NCBI GenBank assembly: GCA_947460255.1
Contig: CANHIS010000004.1
Span: forward strand, 14,609 to 78,608
From: Bacteroidota bacterium
Lineage (GTDB): Bacteria; Bacteroidota; Bacteroidia; M30B66
Direction of reading: 5' to 3'
Length of the DNA stretch: 64,000 nucleotides
The translations under genes were made by a program, and so were the position numbers. Shown piece after piece: positions 58,886 through 64,000 of the stretch (positions within the stretch are counted from its first letter, which is position 1; each line of letters opens with the position of its first letter). The notes under the pieces were generated by a model. It worked only from the letters and a program-made list of their open reading frames with translations. It did not search any database and was not told where the DNA came from.

Positions 58886-60220
58886 ATGCAATTTCCCGCT
58901 GGTTATCTCGAACATCTGCAACACGCTCCGGGCTTCGATCCGCAGTCGTTTACGAAGGCACACCTTGAAACGGTGCCGGTTTCGGTGCGTCAACATCCCG
59001 CGAAGCGAGCCCTGAAAACTGACCAGCTGGAACAAGTAAAATGGTGCAGCGATGGGTTTTATTTGCCTCAACGTCCCGATTTTACACTCGATCCCCTTTT
59101 TCATGCTGGTGCATATTATGTGCAGGAAGCCAGCTCGATGAGCATTCAAAAAGTGCTAAACGACCATTTTGGAAACCAAAGAAACCTGCGCATTCTAGAC
59201 CTTTGCGCCGCTCCTGGTGGAAAAAGCACACTGCTCGCATCATGGCTTCAGGGCCAAGGATTGTTGGTCGCCAATGAAGTGATCAAAACCCGGGCTTCGA
59301 TCTTAAAAGAAAATCTCGACCGTTGGGGTTACGCCAATGTGGTGGTGAGTAACAATGACCCTCGACAATTTGGTAAACTAGAGGGATTTTTCGATGTGAT
59401 CATTGTGGACGCTCCTTGCTCAGGATCGGGCATGTTCCGAAAAGATCCAGCAGCGATTAAGCATTGGTCGGAGGATGCCGTAACTCATTGCGCAGCTCGC
59501 CAAGAACGCATCTTGGAAGACGTTTGGCCAGCCCTAAAATCGGGAGGTCTTCTCCTCTACTCCACCTGCAGTTATTCGGAAAGCGAAGACGAACAAATTA
59601 GCCGTTGGATAAAAGAGGAACTCCAAGCCGACATACTTAAATCGAAATCTTTAGAAGAGATTCCTGAAATTACAGTCACCACTGGAGGTTATAGATTTTA
59701 TCCTGATAAGACAAAAGGCGAAGGGTATTATTTATCCATTCTACGTAAAACTGGAGCATGCGAAGAATTCGATGAAAGGCAAAAAATGAAGAATGTGCCA
59801 ATTCCAGAATCGTTGGGCATTTTACTAGAAGTTCCAGAGGATTATCTGCTTTTTGAGACACATTTAGGACAGGTTTTATTCCCCAAAAACTCAACTGAGG
59901 GATTATCGTCGATTTTAAAGCATCTACATGTGCTGAAAGCTGGCGTTCTTGCTGGAGAGTTGAAAGGCAAATCGTTTGTTCCAGACCACGAACTGGCCAT
60001 GAGTTTAATTGTGGACGCCGGTGTGCCACGTTTGGCATTGAGCAAAGAAGAAGCCTTGAGATTCCTAAAAAAAGAGGCACTTCCCAACCGTTTTGGCAGT
60101 CAAGGTTGGCATCTGATGCAATATGAAGGCTTAAGTTTAGGCTGGGGCAATGTGCTTCCCAATCGAATCAACAATGGATTACCTAAAAGTTGGAGAATCT
60201 TGAAAGATTTGGGCTTTTGA
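58886..60220 (+). CDS. RsmF/NOP2-family rRNA m5C methyltransferase
   Basis: YYVQEASS, DLCAAPGGKST, DAPCSGSG and YSTCS motifs. Confidence 0.9.
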   Translation: MQFPAGYLEHLQHAPGFDPQSFTKAHLETVPVSVRQHPAKRALKTDQLEQVKWCSDGFYLPQRPDFTLDPLFHAGAYYVQEASSMSIQKVLNDHFGNQRNLRILDLCAAPGGKSTLLASWLQGQGLLVANEVIKTRASILKENLDRWGYANVVVSNNDPRQFGKLEGFFDVIIVDAPCSGSGMFRKDPAAIKHWSEDAVTHCAARQERILEDVWPALKSGGLLLYSTCSYSESEDEQISRWIKEELQADILKSKSLEEIPEITVTTGGYRFYPDKTKGEGYYLSILRKTGACEEFDERQKMKNVPIPESLGILLEVPEDYLLFETHLGQVLFPKNSTEGLSSILKHLHVLKAGVLAGELKGKSFVPDHELAMSLIVDAGVPRLALSKEEALRFLKKEALPNRFGSQGWHLMQYEGLSLGWGNVLPNRINNGLPKSWRILKDLGF

Positions 60221-60362
60221 CCGCCTCTTTTTGTATTGGAAATACACAACCAACTAGGCTTTAAACATTCTACAGGAATTATAATTATCCAGAAGTGACT
60301 TTTTGAAAATAATTGTATTACTTTTATTTTATTCTAAACAATAGAATTAAGCTACAGTCTAT

Positions 60363-63300
60363 ATGCATAGAAAACTACTAATTCTAATAGTTGCATTGCT
60401 CCCACTCTATGCATTGGCGCAAATGCCTAAGATTTACACAAAAGCTGGAAGTGGCCTTAACGACGAGCCATTAGACGTCCTGAGAATATCTACAGGAAAA
60501 ATTTATACCACAGGGTACTACAGTCAGTTAGCATTTTTTGGAACTCAAACTGTATCGCTTTCAGGTATCGACGATGCATACATTGCATGCCAAAGCACAA
60601 ACGGCAACTACGATTGGGTACTGTCGGTTGGTGGAGTTTCATCAGACCGCGGGATTGCGCTCGCTCAAGACAATGCCAACAATATATATGCAACAGGTTA
60701 CTACCGTGGAACGGTTACATTGGGCTCAACCACAATTACTTCCATAGCTGGAAGTCAGGATGTTTTCGTTGCCAAAATCAGTTCTACTGGAAATGTAATT
60801 TGGTTGAAATCATTCGGAGGAACAGGTATTGAGACCGTGAGTGGAATTGCGGTAAAAGACAATTTCGGCATCTCTCTGATTGGGCAGTTTAATGGCACCA
60901 CAACTTGGGAAGCAACCAATTTGATCAGCACCGAATTTCTCAGTTCTGGAAACCAAGGCACAGACATTTTCGTTGCCAAACTCGATTTAGATGGAAATTA
61001 TCAAGCCATTACCCAAATCGCATCCCCCGACAACGATATTTCTGCTGAGATAGCTATCAGCGACGCGGGTAAAAAATATTTCGCCGTAAATGGAACCGGC
61101 ACTTTACAGATTGGAGCTCAAAATGTAAATATGGGCAATTCAGGCTATGGAGCATTGATTTGCTTAGACACCGACGAATCATTCGAATTTGTAAAGAAAT
61201 TTCAAGCACCATTTATTGAATTAAGATCCTTAGACATTCGCGGAAATGACTTGGCAGTTGGTGGAAATTTCAACAACACCATGAATACCGACATCCCCGG
61301 TTTTACAGGCATTTCGGGTGGATACACTTACAACATTTTTGGAGTTCGCCTCAATTTAGAAGGTGGATATATTACACACTTTAACGAAAGTTCAGCCAGT
61401 GAAATCAGTTTGAATGACCTGTGCTTCAACCAATCGCAAAAACTTTGGGTAGCAGGAAGTTTCGATTGTACTTTCAGCAGCCTTTCCGACGATCTTGGCG
61501 ACGGTCTTTTTAATAATGTTGGAAACAACGATGGTTTTGTGGCCTTGTATGCCATGGGAAATTCGAACAATCGGCGATATGCCCAGCAAGTGGGAAGCGC
61601 AGAAGACGATAACCTCAATGCAATTTCTGCACGAAATTCCGAATACCCAGTGCTTGCAGGATCCTTTGAAGACTGGTTCTACCTGCCCCTTCCAACAGGA
61701 TCTTACAATTCAGGGCCTGCATCCGTGCTTACACCGATGGAGCAATTGGATATCTGCAATTCTCCTATTTACAACGAATACTTAATGGATTTCCCGATCG
61801 GGAGCCGCGATATTTTTGTTACTACAATCATTGATACACTTGCTCCTGTTTTCGACATTTATGAAAGAACAGAATGCAACACAACGATCATCGAACCGGA
61901 GTTCAACTTCCCAACTGATACATTGGTAATTTGCAATCCTACTTCTGTTGCCAACTTCAATCTCCATACTTTACTCGATGTTGCATTGTATTCTTCTTCC
62001 GTGAGTCCATCAAGCATGGCGTCTACCTCTGGATGGTACGTTGCAACATTCGAAACCGCTAACGACTGCCGCACCTTTACCGATTCGTTGTATGTTTTGT
62101 TAGGAGGATCAGCTTACGATCCAACCATTTCAGCACCAGGAACTGGACTGATCTATCCGGTGTATAATCCACCCAATGATTGCCCATTGAACTTACAACT
62201 TCCTTTAAGTGGTTCTCTTGTTGCCACTGGAAACGTAATTAATTCGGGCGATAACGCTGTTTGGTCTGATGAAACAGGCACATTGGCTACAAACACAAAC
62301 AACTTAACCATCACTGAGGCAGGCATATACACTTACACAATAACCAATGCCCAAGGGTGCGAGTACAGTACCTGCATAAATATTTTCGATTATGCCCTGA
62401 CTGATAACGGAGTTGGAGTTTCAACACCTGAAAATGTAGACTTAGATCCTACCTTTGATTTAACCGCGCAAGGTTTGGTAAATGACACTTTATTTACCTG
62501 TTCAAACAACCCTATTGTTCTTACTTTTCAACCCTTTGGGGCAACAGGCGCACAAATGAATTATCCTATTCCAGCTTATGCGAATTGGGAGATTACTGGT
62601 CCGTTTGTGGTGTATCCGCTCAACGTAGGCGGGAGTTTGGTTCCAACCTATTCTTTCATGGAACATGAGATGATTTTCAGGGTTACACAAACTGGTCCTG
62701 TGCACATCAGAATTGAGTTTTATGCACCTCCTGGAAACACCGACGTGCTCACAGTTATCGAGTACGATATCTATGTTATTCAAAATGCAAGTAGCCAGCC
62801 TCAGCTTATTGTAAACTGGATCACTAGTACCGAAGGACTTTGTCCGGGAGATACCATCACCATTGGTTGGGAAGTTTTTCCTGCGAATTTCCCATTTACC
62901 TCAGCCATTTTGTTTGGAACGCCAATCGCTTCAACACCAGATTCCTATTCGTTTAATGCACCAGCGTCGATCGGGATTGCGATGAACTACACCGATACGA
63001 TCACAGGCTGTTCGGTAAATGCACAGAGAATCAAACAAATTAGCTACAAAGAAGCTCCTAATATCCTCACCAATCCTGAAGATGGTAGGAAGTGCCCAGA
63101 AGACTCAATCCAACTCATTTCCGATCCAGGACTGTCGATCACTTGGATTGGCCCGGGAGGTGAAACCATTCCTGATGAATTTGAGGTTGATGTAGTTACA
63201 CCTGGAAATTATTATTACAATTTGATCGATCTCGACGGTTGCGCATTGCTATCGGAAACTGTGGAGATTCGAAACATTCAAGCAGTAATTTATGATTCAA

Positions 63301-64000
63301 TCATTACCAGCAACATTTGCGGCGGATTGGATGCATTGATTCGGTTAGCGCCCGACACCAACCTTATTTATACTTGGTTAGCACCTTTGTCAGGGTCAGA
63401 TACCTTGAAATATATTGATCAACCGGGCACATATTCGGTTCGCGTGGAATTGTGCTCGAATATCGACACCCTCACATTTACAGTTCGAGAAGGCTTAGAT
63501 TCTGCCCTACTTCGAATTGTGGGAGAGCCAACTCTTTTGTGTGAAGGAGGAAGCGTACAATTGACTGCTAACTCAGCAGCCGACACCATCATTTGGTCGC
63601 CGGGCAACATTACAGGGCCGTTTTATACAGTAACTGAAGCTTCAAATATTGTAGTAACGCTCAGCGATACTGTGGGTTGCGTGCTAAGAGATTCGCTGCA
63701 GTTTAATTTGAATCTTAATCCACCGCTGCCCGACACTTTGTTTCCTGGTCAGGTGTGCCCAGGAATTCCTTTGGTACTTTCCACCAATGTTAATTTTCCA
63801 TTTGTGTGGCACGAAATGCCCGATACCAATTTCCTTGGTATAGCTCAAACATGGCCTTATGTTTTACCAGCTGATGGGCAGATTATTGGTGGTTATGCCA
63901 TCGATACAGCTACGGGTTGCAGAAGTGCTTGGTTTGAGCAGGCGCTGGACCTTCTCACGGCAGTGAACATATCGCCCATCATAGATGAAAAAGTCTTTTG
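60363..64000 (+). CDS. Large secreted protein with SBBP-type beta-propeller and Ig-like repeats; 3'-truncated by the window and absent from the ORF track
   Basis: ATG at 60363, MHRKLLILIVALLPLYALA-Q; IYATGYYRG and DVFVAKISSTGNVIW repeats; the same frame still reads as coding at the window end (AVNISPIIDEKVF). Confidence 0.82.
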   Translation, partial: MHRKLLILIVALLPLYALAQMPKIYTKAGSGLNDEPLDVLRISTGKIYTTGYYSQLAFFGTQTVSLSGIDDAYIACQSTNGNYDWVLSVGGVSSDRGIALAQDNANNIYATGYYRGTVTLGSTTITSIAGSQDVFVAKISSTGNVIWLKSFGGTGIETVSGIAVKDNFGISLIGQFNGTTTWEATNLISTEFLSSGNQGTDIFVAKLDLDGNYQAITQIASPDNDISAEIAISDAGKKYFAVNGTGTLQIGAQNVNMGNSGYGALICLDTDESFEFVKKFQAPFIELRSLDIRGNDLAVGGNFNNTMNTDIPGFTGISGGYTYNIFGVRLNLEGGYITHFNESSASEISLNDLCFNQSQKLWVAGSFDCTFSSLSDDLGDGLFNNVGNNDGFVALYAMGNSNNRRYAQQVGSAEDDNLNAISARNSEYPVLAGSFEDWFYLPLPTGSYNSGPASVLTPMEQLDICNSPIYNEYLMDFPIGSRDIFVTTIIDTLAPVFDIYERTECNTTIIEPEFNFPTDTLVICNPTSVANFNLHTLLDVALYSSSVSPSSMASTSGWYVATFETANDCRTFTDSLYVLLGGSAYDPTISAPGTGLIYPVYNPPNDCPLNLQLPLSGSLVATGNVINSGDNAVWSDETGTLATNTNNLTITEAGIYTYTITNAQGCEYSTCINIFDYALTDNGVGVSTPENVDLDPTFDLTAQGLVNDTLFTCSNNPIVLTFQPFGATGAQMNYPIPAYANWEITGPFVVYPLNVGGSLVPTYSFMEHEMIFRVTQTGPVHIRIEFYAPPGNTDVLTVIEYDIYVIQNASSQPQLIVNWITSTEGLCPGDTITIGWEVFPANFPFTSAILFGTPIASTPDSYSFNAPASIGIAMNYTDTITGCSVNAQRIKQISYKEAPNILTNPEDGRKCPEDSIQLISDPGLSITWIGPGGETIPDEFEVDVVTPGNYYYNLIDLDGCALLSETVEIRNIQAVIYDSIITSNICGGLDALIRLAPDTNLIYTWLAPLSGSDTLKYIDQPGTYSVRVELCSNIDTLTFTVREGLDSALLRIVGEPTLLCEGGSVQLTANSAADTIIWSPGNITGPFYTVTEASNIVVTLSDTVGCVLRDSLQFNLNLNPPLPDTLFPGQVCPGIPLVLSTNVNFPFVWHEMPDTNFLGIAQTWPYVLPADGQIIGGYAIDTATGCRSAWFEQALDLLTAVNISPIIDEKVF

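Overview
A 64 kb window of a Bacteroidota chromosome. The assignment rests on T9SS cargo proteins with C-terminal sorting domains, TAnnTTTG -7 promoter boxes, signal peptides cleaved before Gln, type III glutamine synthetase and the purM-prfA-pyrF order. Most of the window is housekeeping or envelope genes: a giant T9SS protein, BI-1/YccA, cyclophilin, PQQ sugar dehydrogenase, PafA, M61 peptidase, oxyR, lhgO, ABC-F, histidine kinase, S8 protease, tex, T9SS plug, apaG, pyrF, prfA, purM, an OmpA/PorE-like gene, glnA-III, four tandem TonB-C genes, thrS-infC-rpmI-rplT, an RsmF-like methylase and a large unfinished secreted ORF. I saw no rRNA, tRNA, CRISPR array, transposase or integrase. The most unusual part is a ~5.9 kb AT-rich island (36.4-42.3 kb) of three T9SS cargo genes plus a CTD remnant. 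It is partitioned by a recurring non-coding module (in-phase 7-nt ladder followed by an IS200/REP-type hairpin) and bracketed by a 110-bp REPIN-like direct repeat, so it looks like a repeat-bounded cassette array with no local recombinase. Other candidates are an OxyS-like sRNA divergent from oxyR, a cyclophilin gene split and re-headed by an insertion, a catalytically degenerate transaldolase-CBS fusion, a HlyIII-HicB-like fusion and a direct-repeat-flanked orphan antitoxin. All family calls come from motif recognition by eye, not database searches.
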